This document shows positions 21,901 through 31,768 of a stretch of DNA of 64,000 nucleotides, piece by piece. The stretch is from Candidatus Latescibacterota bacterium (GTDB taxonomy: Bacteria; Latescibacterota; UBA2968; UBA8231). The DNA is taken from assembly GCA_965197905.1 (NCBI GenBank), contig CBDAOB010000005.1, positions 2,016,001 through 2,080,000 on the forward strand, written 5' to 3'. The position numbers and the translations under genes are program-made. The notes beneath the pieces are model-generated. The model was not told where the DNA came from. It saw only the letters and a list, made by a program, of their open reading frames with translations, and did not search any database. Position 1 is the stretch's first letter. Each line of letters starts with the position of its first letter.

Positions 21901-23010
21901 TTACCGGACGCTGAATCGCAGCACCCGGAAGACACCCGGGGTGCCGCGAAGTTTCTCCGATCGATTCTCCAGAACGGTCCCGTCCGCCAACAGGAATCGC
22001 TCCGATTCCCCTCTTGGAGGCCCCCCCTGAATCAACATCGCCTCTCCATCTCCAGAAAATAGGTGTTGTTCAACAGATTTATCTACGGGATTCCAATCGT
22101 GTATTTCACCCGCGCGACCGTTTGAGAATTCGTCGATGGCAATGAACATCTCCTCACTGTCCTCGAGCCTGCCTGCAGCTGCGAAGTAGAGAGTGAATTC
22201 GCCTTTTTCCGTGGCATTGTAGCCGAAGGTTCCCCCGTAAACTTGCGTCGGGTTCGTGTCGTCCAGCCGAAACCAGAGGCTTTCATACGGTCGGTATCGG
22301 GACCTGCCCCCGAAAACAGTACGCTTGAATATAGTCCAGGTGTTTCCGCTCGAACTGAGCAGAAAGGCGAAGATGTCGCATTCCACTGCAACGCGAAATC
22401 TGATTTGCAGTTCGTCACCCTTCTCCAGCACCGCGCCGTCCGCTACCTCGACCTGGTCGGCGAACCCCACGTCGCGACGCAGCCCGAGAATATGGAGCTC
22501 GATTTCGAGCGGAGCTCCTTGCGGTTCCCCGTTTGCGGATGCCCGTGCCAACCGCTGCAACGATTTGGTCGACACTCGCTGAAGATCGGCAAGCTGCATC
22601 GTGCCCGTCCGCCGGTCAACAAATGCCAGTTGCAGGTAAGACCACCGTTCGTCGGTGTACAGCCGGCCTCCCAACAGATGCGAGAATCCCTGGTGCACAT
22701 CGTCGAACAGGGGCAACACTCCCTGGGTTGACCAAGGCACCTTGGCCGTCTCCTCGTCGACTTCAAGGTGAAACCCGGCATCGCCGAGGGTCTCGATCAG
22801 GAGCCGGTCCACCACCTTTGTTTCGGGCGTTGCTTTCCCATCGCCTCCCCGCGTCCCGGGGAAGGCGAGATTTCGCGGCAGATCAAGGCGGGCGATATCA
22901 ACGGCAAGGGCATCGACGGTGTGGTCCAGCTCGGCAGCGGATCGGGTTTCCTGGTGCATAAATGCACACCCGTTGAGAACAACCAGAACTGCAGGCAATA
23001 ACGCAGTCAT
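21901..23010 (-). CDS. Lipoprotein with DUF4384-like C-terminal domain
   Basis: Lipobox VLNG-C; L.KGD.LQIRF.....CDIF.F...SSG pattern resembles DUF4384. Confidence 0.55.
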   Translation of the reverse strand: MTALLPAVLVVLNGCAFMHQETRSAAELDHTVDALAVDIARLDLPRNLAFPGTRGGDGKATPETKVVDRLLIETLGDAGFHLEVDEETAKVPWSTQGVLPLFDDVHQGFSHLLGGRLYTDERWSYLQLAFVDRRTGTMQLADLQRVSTKSLQRLARASANGEPQGAPLEIELHILGLRRDVGFADQVEVADGAVLEKGDELQIRFRVAVECDIFAFLLSSSGNTWTIFKRTVFGGRSRYRPYESLWFRLDDTNPTQVYGGTFGYNATEKGEFTLYFAAAGRLEDSEEMFIAIDEFSNGRAGEIHDWNPVDKSVEQHLFSGDGEAMLIQGGPPRGESERFLLADGTVLENRSEKLRGTPGVFRVLRFSVR

Positions 23011-23019
23011 GTGGGGGAG

Positions 23020-24875
23020 TCAGCCAGAAGCCACACGGGAGCCGGCGTCGGACAACAAGCGCGTTTCGGCCACCATCTTGGACCACAGAATTCGGGCTTG
23101 CACGAGAATCTCACGGCGCTTCTGATCGCGCTCGGGGATATTTTCGAGAACGCTGTACAGCGCCGAAAAGGCCGGTGTGCCCATGGAGTGGATCAACTCG
23201 ATCAGCTCGCCGTACTCCTCCGACTGATCCAGCCTGATAAGGACGCAAGCAAGCAGGAAATCGGTGTCCGGGTCCGTGGGCCCGAACTGTTTGAGCGAAC
23301 GCTGATACGATCTCAAGTACATCAGTACTCCACTGGGATCGGACGTCAGTCGGTGGGGTCCATTGGACAGCAACTTTAACACCTTAGGATCTTGGTGCAG
23401 CTCCGCTCTCCGTTTGCGCGCCGCCGTGGCCTTGCCCGATCCACCAGAGAGCACCTCAAGCAGTTCGTAGGCGCGGGTTACAATACCCTGCTTTCGCCCT
23501 TTAAAGACCTCCCACTCATCCTCCTCCTGAAGTTTTTGTTGTTGGATGAGTTCCACGATCTCCTCCCGTGCGGGTGCACCCATCGACGTCAATTCGTTAG
23601 AGAGCTCCTCGTAGTTGACGGCTTTGTCGAGCCGGACGAAGAGACCCGCCAGTGCCCGTTCCATGCCTTCGCCCGCACCTTCGCGACCCAGCGCGCGACA
23701 GCGACCGGCACGTGAAAATACGCCGGCAGGATCGGAGGTGAGGGTGCACAGATACATCCAGAGTGGATGCATCAGCTGCGCTACGCTCTCGTCTCCCTCT
23801 CTATAGGCCGTGAAGAATCCACGTAGAGACTCAGGGCCAAGGGAAACGACCTGCCGCAGGAACTCCGCCCGGGGCTTAGGCACGACGCCTTTGCAAAAGG
23901 CCGTCATCAACGGTTGCGGATCGAAACGCAGCGCGTCCTCGTAGTCGTGGAGCAGATCGGCGAAGGATTGAGGAGCCGTTTCCTGTCCTTTTCGCTCCGC
24001 CGTCTTTCTCGCTACGCTGTGTATTATATCCCGATCAAACAGAAAAATGCGAGGGTAATTGAATATCTTCGCGATCCGTTCCATCTTGTCGCGGGACCAC
24101 TTCTCCTCTAGTTCGGAGTCGAAAACTGTTCGCGCGAGCTCGAACGGGTCGGCGTGAACCGCCTGCTTGGGGGAGACTCTCAGCAACCGTTGTTTGTACC
24201 CGGTCACGAACTCACCAAGCTCCGATCTTCCCGAATCTATACTGTCCCGACGATGGCGATTGTGTTCGCCCACGAGCTTCAGCAGAAGGGGTTCCCCCAG
24301 CCTGTAGTTAGGAAGGTCGGAGACGACGGTGATATAGGATTGCAGAACGTCGACCAGTAACAGGTAGTCGAACAGTGTCCAGGAAGCGAAGATGACCCCC
24401 TCGGCGACGGCCCAGTGGTCATACCCTTTCTCGGCCGCCTCCGACAGCAGCGCTTCGGACAGATAGACCGTGCGCCGACGTCGACCGATATGCACCGCCT
24501 GGTGGCAGCGAAAGTCCCGAAAGAAAGGGAGGTCGCCGGTCCGAGTCAGCGTGATGCTGATCGGTAGATCCAGCAGCGCCTCGCGGAGGCTGTCGGGAAT
24601 CTTCTCGAGAACCTTCCAGAATTGCAGGACCAGGGACTCGCCCGCGTGAAGCTTGGGAAGGCGCTGGTCGTCGGGGAAGTAGGGCAATCGGGTCTGTTCC
24701 CCGAAAAGGATCTCCTTGGGAGCAACGCGTACCGCATCGTTATATTCTCATGGCTTACACACCCGTCCCATATGCCAAGATTTGCGTCGGGTGCGGTCGT
24801 TGCAAGCAAGTTGGTCTCTCCGTTGGTCCTACGTTGATCTTTCGTCAATATACGCGTGGCATTTTCGTTTGTCAT
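23020..24875 (-). CDS. Large helical hypothetical protein with an internal repeat; N-terminus probably split by a frameshift near 24747
   Basis: 555-aa ORF 23020..24687 whose frame stays open upstream to about 24747. One added base joins it to the ATG at 24875. Confidence 0.6.
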
Positions 24876-24905
24876 CTCGAGAACAGAGTCGACCTTTTGT
24901 GTCGA

Positions 24906-24934
24906 TTGACAGCTAGTGTTGGCGCGGTTATTAT
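24906..24934 (+). promoter_or_regulatory. sigma70-type promoter
   Basis: TTGACA-17 bp-TATTAT upstream of the 25001 gene. Confidence 0.65.
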
Positions 24935-25000
24935 AGCATGCAGCGACCCTCCCTGCCTCCTGTACTCCTTATCTCCCTGTCTGTTCAAAATCTATATTGA

Positions 25001-26632
25001 ATGCGCATGTCGAGCCGGGTTTCCAGGATTCTGCTCATTTCTATTCTCGCCGGGTGCAGTTCGCCCCCGGCTCCATCACCACCCAATGAGCTGCCGCTAG
25101 CAAACGCCGGCCCCGACCAAACGGTGACACCGGGGGCTCAGGTGCAGATCGATGGCTCTGCCAGCTCTGATCCGGAGGGTGAGGTTCTCACGTATGCGTG
25201 GACTGCCAATCCCGAGAACCCCGCCCACTTTCCGCTTCCACAAAACAGTGCCTCATTCGCCTTCACGCCGGACCAGGGCGGTGTCTACCGATTTGCGCTG
25301 CAGGTCAACGATGGCAAGGCAACCAGCATCGCGGATTCGATCGCAATCACGGTGATGGTTTCTGATAACAGTCCACCTGTCGCCGCCGCGGGGCCGAATC
25401 TGAGTCACACCCTCGGTTCGGTCATATTGCTGAGCGCCGTCACCAGCAGCGATCCTGACGGCGATGATCTTTCCTACAGCTGGATCATCGTTGCGGCTCC
25501 GACCGAGATCTCGCTGGAGGATTCTACCGCCGACCAGATTAGCTTCACCCCGCCTGCGGTCGGGTCGTATCACGTGCGCCTGATCGTAAGTGACGGGCTA
25601 GACGAATCGACCGACGACGTGCTGATTATCATCACTCCGGCCGACAACATAGCGCCCATCGCCAACGCCGGACCTGACCAGGAGGTCTTTTCCGGCAATC
25701 TCGTCACCCTCGATGGCAGCCTTAGCAGCGATCCCGACGGCAGCGAGACATTGCTTTTTCAATGGATCGTCGCGCGGACGCCAGGAGCCGCGGTCGACCT
25801 TTCGGACGCCAGCTCAGCTCAACCCACCTTTATTCCTTCCGAACCAGGTGAATACGTCTTCGGCCTCGTGGTCAGTGACAGCGACAGCACCAGCATTCAA
25901 GATGTGACAACAGTTGTCGCGCTGGCCCCTATCTTCGCCAAGCAGGCCGGTATGATCGAGGTGCCCCCTGGCCCGTACATCATGGGATCGGACCAGGGCC
26001 CCCCCGATGAGAACCCGCCCCACCGCGTCGACGTCAGCTCCTTCTGGATCGACGAACTGGAGGTTACAGCAGGCCAATATCAGCTCTGCGTCGACGCGGA
26101 AGCCTGTGCCGCGGCGGCAGCCTCCGCCGGCTGCAACGGCAGTGTTGCGGACAGAGCGAATCACCCGATCAATTGCATCGATTGGATCCAGGCTCAGTCG
26201 TTTTGCACCTGGGCGGACAAGAGGCTGCCGACTGAAGCGGAGTGGGAGAAGGCGGCTCGAGGCACCGATGGGCGGCGTTTCCCGTGGGGCCAGACGCGAC
26301 CGACTCCACAGTTATTGAACTACGGCAACAATATCGGGTCGACGACTCTGGTGGGCATCTACCCGGACGGAACGAGCTTCTACGGGATCCACGATATGGG
26401 AGGAAACGTGTCGGAGTGGACTGCGGATTTTTACGCCGCCGATTATTACGGCCGCAGCCCAGATGCAGACCCCACCGGCCCAGCGTCGGGAGATTCCCGA
26501 GTCGCTCGTGGCAGCAGCTGGAAAATCGGGGTTCCTGAGGAGGCTCTTACGGCGACGGTTCGCATCCGCTTGTTGGAATCCTCGCTAGACAACTCCATCG
26601 GCGTCCGGTGCGCCCGCACCGAAGCTCCATAA
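25001..26632 (+). CDS. Lipoprotein with three PKD-like Ig domains and an FGE-sulfatase (C-type-lectin fold) domain
   Basis: Lipobox ILAG-C; three P.A.AGP...DGS.SSDP.G..L.Y.W repeats; MGS...DE.P.H.V, RLPTEAEWEKAARG, DMGGNVSEW and G.RC. Confidence 0.88.
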   Translation: MRMSSRVSRILLISILAGCSSPPAPSPPNELPLANAGPDQTVTPGAQVQIDGSASSDPEGEVLTYAWTANPENPAHFPLPQNSASFAFTPDQGGVYRFALQVNDGKATSIADSIAITVMVSDNSPPVAAAGPNLSHTLGSVILLSAVTSSDPDGDDLSYSWIIVAAPTEISLEDSTADQISFTPPAVGSYHVRLIVSDGLDESTDDVLIIITPADNIAPIANAGPDQEVFSGNLVTLDGSLSSDPDGSETLLFQWIVARTPGAAVDLSDASSAQPTFIPSEPGEYVFGLVVSDSDSTSIQDVTTVVALAPIFAKQAGMIEVPPGPYIMGSDQGPPDENPPHRVDVSSFWIDELEVTAGQYQLCVDAEACAAAAASAGCNGSVADRANHPINCIDWIQAQSFCTWADKRLPTEAEWEKAARGTDGRRFPWGQTRPTPQLLNYGNNIGSTTLVGIYPDGTSFYGIHDMGGNVSEWTADFYAADYYGRSPDADPTGPASGDSRVARGSSWKIGVPEEALTATVRIRLLESSLDNSIGVRCARTEAP

Positions 26633-26709
26633 TAGACATAACCTATTGTCTAACAACTATTTGCGGATTAAGTTCTGAGGTTTAACATCAACCCACAGCC
26701 GGTACCGCG

Positions 26710-27075
26710 TTGACGCGCAAGATCCTCGTTGTCGAAGATGAAGAACCGGTGCGAACCTTGTTTATTCGCCTTCTCGAACGCGCGAGTTACGAGCCGATTC
26801 CGGCGGAGAATGCCGAAGAGGCGCTGAGCCTGCTCGATCGCGAGACCGTCGATCTAGTGCTTCTCGATCTGCACATGCCGGGGCCGGTCAGCGGCGAGGA
26901 TCTTCTCTTTCGACTGCGTGACAAGGGAGATCAGGTGCCTATTATCGTAATTTCTGGTTGGGTCGACGATGAAATCGCGGCCAATAAACCGGACTGTGTT
27001 CACGCCGTGCTCAAGAAGCCAGTCCATGCCGTCAGCTTCATCGAAACGGTGCGGCAGGCCCTTCGCTCGACATAA
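26710..27075 (+). CDS. Stand-alone response regulator receiver (CheY-like)
   Basis: ILVVEDE, LLDLHMP (phospho-Asp), IIVISG and KP. Confidence 0.9.
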   Translation: MTRKILVVEDEEPVRTLFIRLLERASYEPIPAENAEEALSLLDRETVDLVLLDLHMPGPVSGEDLLFRLRDKGDQVPIIVISGWVDDEIAANKPDCVHAVLKKPVHAVSFIETVRQALRST

Positions 27076-27102
27076 AAAAGAGTCCGGCAAAAAGCCGGAC
27101 TC
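27074..27102 (-). terminator. Intrinsic terminator-like hairpin (possibly bidirectional)
   Basis: Perfect 9-bp stem GAGTCCGGC/GCCGGACTC; the A6 run gives a U-tract on the minus strand. Confidence 0.65.
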
Positions 27103-27335
27103 CAAGCCTAGGGTGAGGCATTCCACAAGGACTGTCGTTTGGGATCAAAACGATGGTCCACTCCAGATATCGGCCTCCACTCCATTCTCGTTACTTTTTT
27201 CTGTTTTCCGGGGCAGTGACGCCCCGTCCTCCGTCGATTGCTGAACCTGTTCAATCGCCGTGACTTGAGTCACCGATCCCAAAATTGAGGTATATTAGAG
27301 TATGGTTAGGGTAACCTGCAGAGTGAAAACGTGAA

Positions 27336-29690
27336 ATGACTGCGACGATTGCACATATGCGAGAACCGGCGGGGGTCCGGAGGACCTCCTGGCCCGTGAC
27401 CGCCGGAATGCCGTTTGCAAAGGGAGTCCTGCGACCACCGGGCCACCTGAGGATATGGGGTCCGGACCGCCAACCGCTACCCGTAGATACCTCCGTCCGC
27501 GCACGCTGGCCGGATGGATCCGTGAAGTGGCTTCTCATCGATACGCAGGTATCGATGGAACCCATGGCCCGGATCGAGTTGCTCGTCGAGTATGCCGACG
27601 GCATTGAAGTAGAGGAGATCAATTCCCGGCTCCAGTGGCGAGAATCGATGGATTCGGTCGAGATCGACACGGGTCCGCTAAAGATGTCCATTGCCCGAAC
27701 CGGACCCATTCTATTCCGCAACATCGCTTGGAACGGGATTGAGATCTTACGCGACTCCGCCAACAGCGAGTTTACCGCAACCGACGACGACGGCACGCGG
27801 TTCGAGAGCCACATCGATGCCGTTGAAATCGAGGAACACAATCCGCTGCGAATCGTACTTCTGGTAAAGGGTCGGTATCGCGACGGAAACGGCGCCCCGT
27901 TCATGAGCTGGATCACCCGTTTGTACTGCTTTGCGGGGAAACCGTTCGTCAAGCTCTATCACACCTTCGTGCAGGATACGCCCACGCAGTCGATTGGGCT
28001 CCGGCGCATGAGCATCGGTCTCACGCCCGACCTCGGGGGTGAAATCGATGCTGCGTTGGGCGCGAAATCCGCCAAGTCGCCTCACGGGTACGAATTCGGT
28101 GGCATCACCGAACCGATCACCCTCACCCAACTGCTGGTCGGACAGCACGTCCTGGACGACGGCAACCGAACCGCCATTGACGGCAACGCACATGGATGGG
28201 CGGGCATCGGCAACCGCAACGCTACGGTGGTAATCAAGCTCCGGAGGCCGTGGCAAAACTACCCGAAGGCGTATCGGGTCGGCGCCGAAGAGTTGTCGCT
28301 CGATCTCTATCCGGATACGACGACGGACTCCGGCCGAGAGACCATGTGGTCTGGAAATCAAGCTGGCGCTCTCTACGAAGGGCCACTGCGCATTCCCCAG
28401 GGGATGGCCAAGACCCACGAACTGTTCATACAGGTTGGACCCGCCGCCACCGATGCCCGCGGCATCGACTATCAAACGCTGGCACTCGAGCAGCCATTGC
28501 TGCTGAATCTGCCGTCCGAACACTACGCAACGTCCGGCGCACTCGGGTCGTTCCCCCCGATGTCCGATTCCTATTGGCCGCTAGAGCTGAAACTCCGAGA
28601 GATCTGCAAACCTCCTGGGGGTTTGGGCATCCTGAACTACGGTGACGAAGTCAGTCTGCGATTAGTGGACGGACGGCTGCAGACCAGGACTACCGAGAAT
28701 CTGGCGTATGATCTGCCGAGCTCCTTGTTGCGGCAATCTCTTCGAACCCGCGATCAACACCTTTTCTCGGAGGCGGAGGCAGCGGTCTTTCATCTGATGG
28801 ATGTGGACACAGTGCATTTCGACACAACACACCCGGAATGGATCGGCGGACCGCGCTGCGCCTGGTCACAGAACCACCACTACACCACCTCAGCCAGTGT
28901 CTCGCTTGCAGGCCCTCGGGTGAGTCACGCCTGGTTGGGAGGTCTGCTCGACTACTACTTCATCACCGGTTACCACCGCGCCCGCGAGGTAGCGGAATCA
29001 TGCGCCGACTACTGCCGCCGTTCCGCCCCCTACAAATGGAAGGACAAACTGTCCGAGCAGGTTCGCCGACGAGCCCTTGACCCGGATGTGGAGTGGCCTT
29101 TCAATGCCCGCGATGTCGGGTGGTCGCTGACGACCATGGGCACCTTCTTCAACGCCTTTCCGGAGGAGCGCTTTCTGCGGGCCATGGAAGCGCTCGTCGA
29201 CCTTGCGGAGATGTGGCAGGATGAGGACGGACGTTGGCGGCAATCGATCGGAAGCTTCAACCGCGGCTCAGATCCGTCGGCGAGCGCCGCCATTCTCCAG
29301 GGAATGCAACTCTACTTTGAGGCCACGGGCGACCGGCGCGCGTACGAGGTGTTGCTGCGCGGGGTCTCCTTCCTCGTCCATCACGGCTGTACCGCGGAGG
29401 GTCTTTTCTATTGCTACGAGAGTCCGGTGGCCGACCGCCCGCACGCCCCTGCCGCCGAGTTGTTCGGCCCGCTCGCGTTTGCGTTCGAGGCCACCGAGGA
29501 TGTGGAGATTCTCGAATCCGCGTTTCGGTTCTTCCGCTGGCTAATGGATTCTGGAGAAGTGAAGCCGTGCATGCTGCGGGAAATTTTCGCGATGATACCC
29601 CTTCTGGATCGCATGAATCTCCTGGAGTCGTATCGCGGACCAGATATAACGGGGCAGATTGGCGACCCTTCCGCCCACCGGGAAGGATAG
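27336..29690 (+). CDS. YetA/PcRGLX-like (exo-rhamnogalacturonan-lyase-related) protein
   Basis: N-terminal PVT.GMPF.KG and ARWPDGSVKWLL, central G.AKTHE, alpha/alpha-toroid-like C-terminus (H.MDVD, H.W..GL.DYY..TG). Substrate unknown. Confidence 0.7.
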   Translation: MTATIAHMREPAGVRRTSWPVTAGMPFAKGVLRPPGHLRIWGPDRQPLPVDTSVRARWPDGSVKWLLIDTQVSMEPMARIELLVEYADGIEVEEINSRLQWRESMDSVEIDTGPLKMSIARTGPILFRNIAWNGIEILRDSANSEFTATDDDGTRFESHIDAVEIEEHNPLRIVLLVKGRYRDGNGAPFMSWITRLYCFAGKPFVKLYHTFVQDTPTQSIGLRRMSIGLTPDLGGEIDAALGAKSAKSPHGYEFGGITEPITLTQLLVGQHVLDDGNRTAIDGNAHGWAGIGNRNATVVIKLRRPWQNYPKAYRVGAEELSLDLYPDTTTDSGRETMWSGNQAGALYEGPLRIPQGMAKTHELFIQVGPAATDARGIDYQTLALEQPLLLNLPSEHYATSGALGSFPPMSDSYWPLELKLREICKPPGGLGILNYGDEVSLRLVDGRLQTRTTENLAYDLPSSLLRQSLRTRDQHLFSEAEAAVFHLMDVDTVHFDTTHPEWIGGPRCAWSQNHHYTTSASVSLAGPRVSHAWLGGLLDYYFITGYHRAREVAESCADYCRRSAPYKWKDKLSEQVRRRALDPDVEWPFNARDVGWSLTTMGTFFNAFPEERFLRAMEALVDLAEMWQDEDGRWRQSIGSFNRGSDPSASAAILQGMQLYFEATGDRRAYEVLLRGVSFLVHHGCTAEGLFYCYESPVADRPHAPAAELFGPLAFAFEATEDVEILESAFRFFRWLMDSGEVKPCMLREIFAMIPLLDRMNLLESYRGPDITGQIGDPSAHREG

Positions 29691-29705
29691 ATCCGAGGCA
29701 CAGCT

Positions 29706-30542
29706 ATGTACCTGGGGATTGCTGCGGCACTGAGTGGCATTGTATACGCCTTCGTAAAATTCCTAACCATGGCGAGCTTCAGAAGGTTGCGCAGCCGGGT
29801 GGCGAGTTGTCAGACAGAAGTGCATCGCTCGGAACATAGGATTCAAATTCTCGAGCAGCGTCTCGAGTTTGAACGCACGAAAAAGCGGGGATTGGAACGC
29901 GAGACGAGGGAGGCTCGCAAGGCTGCGGGAGAGATCCACACCGAACTGAGGTCGTCTTTGCCGAAAGCGCTTGGCTCGGAGCTGGAGGAGTGCTGCACCC
30001 TGGCGCGGGTGTCGGAATTCGAGGACCGCAGAATGCTGCACGAGTTGAAGGTCACCGACAAGATTGCCGGGGCGTTGCAAGCGCACTCCTTGCTCCTGAT
30101 CGAGTTCCTCAGCGAGGAAGAGTCCGATCGTGCCATGATGACAGGCATCCTGACCGATATCATCGAACGCCAGGAGATAAATTACAGCAATCCGGAGCGA
30201 TCGATGCTGCTCTGCTCCTTTGACGCTCCGCAGCCGGCCCTGGAGCTCGTCCGCGAGTATATTCAGCAGGTGCCCGACAGCAGACGTGATTCGGTTCGCA
30301 CCAGTTTGAGCGCCGGGGTCGATATGGAGGATGAGCGCACCGACATCACCCAGCTGTTTGCCCGCGTGTTGCAGAGCAACAGGAATCTGTTGAGCCGCAC
30401 CGCCGCTGGCACGATGATCATGAACGGGTCGGCTTATGACCGCCTCGAGGGAGATAATCGGGATATGGTGTTGTTCGAAAAAGACGAACTGCTCTACGTT
30501 TTGGATTGGAATGAGGCAGATTCCACCGCCGGCAATAGCTGA
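29706..30542 (+). CDS. Membrane-anchored coiled-coil protein with a degenerate nucleotide-cyclase-like domain
   Basis: N-terminal TM, heptad-rich segment, C-terminal LLCSF..P..A / VRTSLSAG / AAGTMIMNGSAYDRL pattern. Confidence 0.55.
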   Translation: MYLGIAAALSGIVYAFVKFLTMASFRRLRSRVASCQTEVHRSEHRIQILEQRLEFERTKKRGLERETREARKAAGEIHTELRSSLPKALGSELEECCTLARVSEFEDRRMLHELKVTDKIAGALQAHSLLLIEFLSEEESDRAMMTGILTDIIERQEINYSNPERSMLLCSFDAPQPALELVREYIQQVPDSRRDSVRTSLSAGVDMEDERTDITQLFARVLQSNRNLLSRTAAGTMIMNGSAYDRLEGDNRDMVLFEKDELLYVLDWNEADSTAGNS

Positions 30543-30847
30543 TGCTCGAGATTTTTTATATCGTACTGCTGATCGTGTTCGGGGCCCTGGCTGCGGTGAC
30601 CTTTTTTAGCTCTACCGTCCGCTCCGTGCCCTACAAGGAGGAGCTGGGTCGCCTTTTGGAGCGCCAGGTACAATTGGACGGGCAAGTTCAAACGATGCGC
30701 CGGGAGCTGCGTAATCTGGAACTGGATATGAGCATTCTGACCGACGAGAAACAGGCGCTTCATGAGCAGGTATCTTGCATGAGAAGGGTGGAAGATTCGC
30801 ATTTGACGAGTCGGCTGGCCGAACAATCGGAAGAGTCCGAGATCTAG
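30542..30847 (+). CDS. Small membrane-anchored coiled-coil protein
   Basis: Single N-terminal TM then heptad repeats; TGATG coupling to the upstream gene. Confidence 0.7.
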   Translation: MLEIFYIVLLIVFGALAAVTFFSSTVRSVPYKEELGRLLERQVQLDGQVQTMRRELRNLELDMSILTDEKQALHEQVSCMRRVEDSHLTSRLAEQSEESEI

Positions 30848-30853
30848 GACCCG

Positions 30854-31768
30854 ATGAGTGTCGCACAAGAAAAACCCGCGTCAGATCCAAGGCTCGAGCT
30901 GGAACAGATTGTCTCAAGAGCACTGGAGGAGGACTTGGGAAACCTTGACCCCACCTCCGACTTGACCACGCGATGGACAGTGCCGGTTGAAGCTCGATCT
31001 GAAGCCAGGATCGTCGCAAAGGCCAGCGGCGCCGTATCAGGAGTCGATGTAGCCGGTGCCGTATTTCGACGCCTCGACGCTTCCTTGAGCCTGGACTACC
31101 TCGCCGAGGACGGGCAGTCCGTGGAGTCAGGGGATGTGATACTGCGGGTTCGCGGACGAACCCACCCCATCCTGATCGGCGAACGCCCGGCGTTGAATTT
31201 TCTTCAACACCTATGCGGCGTCGCCACCTTGACCCGCGCGTTTGTGTCAGCGGTCGAGTTCTCGGGGGTTCGAATCACCGACACGCGCAAGACAATTCCC
31301 GGTTTGAGAAGATTGGAGAAACTGGCGGTTGTGCATGGGGGTGGCGTCAACCACCGGCTCGGCCTGTTCGATGCGGTATTGATCAAGGAAAACCACGCCG
31401 CGATGGCGGGAGGGATCGGTGAGGCGGTGCGAATCGCTCGCCACCAGGCGGTCGTGGAGGACGCAGGAGGCGTCAGAATCTATGCGGAAGCCAGAAATCT
31501 CGAGGAGGTGGATGCCCTGCTGGCCTGCGTCCCCGATCGCATCTTGCTGGACAATATGGAACCCGGAGCGCTCGAGGAAGCGGTCCGACGCATTCGCTCA
31601 ACGCCCGACCCTATCGAGATCGAAGCGACCGGGGGGATCACCTTGACCAACGTCAAAGCAGTTGCCCGCATCGGCGTTGACCTCATTTCGATCGGCGCAT
31701 TGACTCATTCCGCGCCCGCCCTCGACCTCAGTTTGCTCCTGGGTGATACGCGCTCCAACGCCGGCTAG
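30854..31768 (+). CDS. nadC: Quinolinate phosphoribosyltransferase
   Basis: ALEED, ER.ALN, DTRKT.PG.R, NHR.GL.D.VLIKENH, LLDN, EATGGI and S.GALTHS. Confidence 0.95.
   Translation: MSVAQEKPASDPRLELEQIVSRALEEDLGNLDPTSDLTTRWTVPVEARSEARIVAKASGAVSGVDVAGAVFRRLDASLSLDYLAEDGQSVESGDVILRVRGRTHPILIGERPALNFLQHLCGVATLTRAFVSAVEFSGVRITDTRKTIPGLRRLEKLAVVHGGGVNHRLGLFDAVLIKENHAAMAGGIGEAVRIARHQAVVEDAGGVRIYAEARNLEEVDALLACVPDRILLDNMEPGALEEAVRRIRSTPDPIEIEATGGITLTNVKAVARIGVDLISIGALTHSAPALDLSLLLGDTRSNAG

Noticed and set aside
25950..26632. Diversity-generating retroelement target, or a true formylglycine-generating enzyme
   Set aside because: No template repeat or reverse transcriptase is seen in the window, and the FGE catalytic cysteines are absent.
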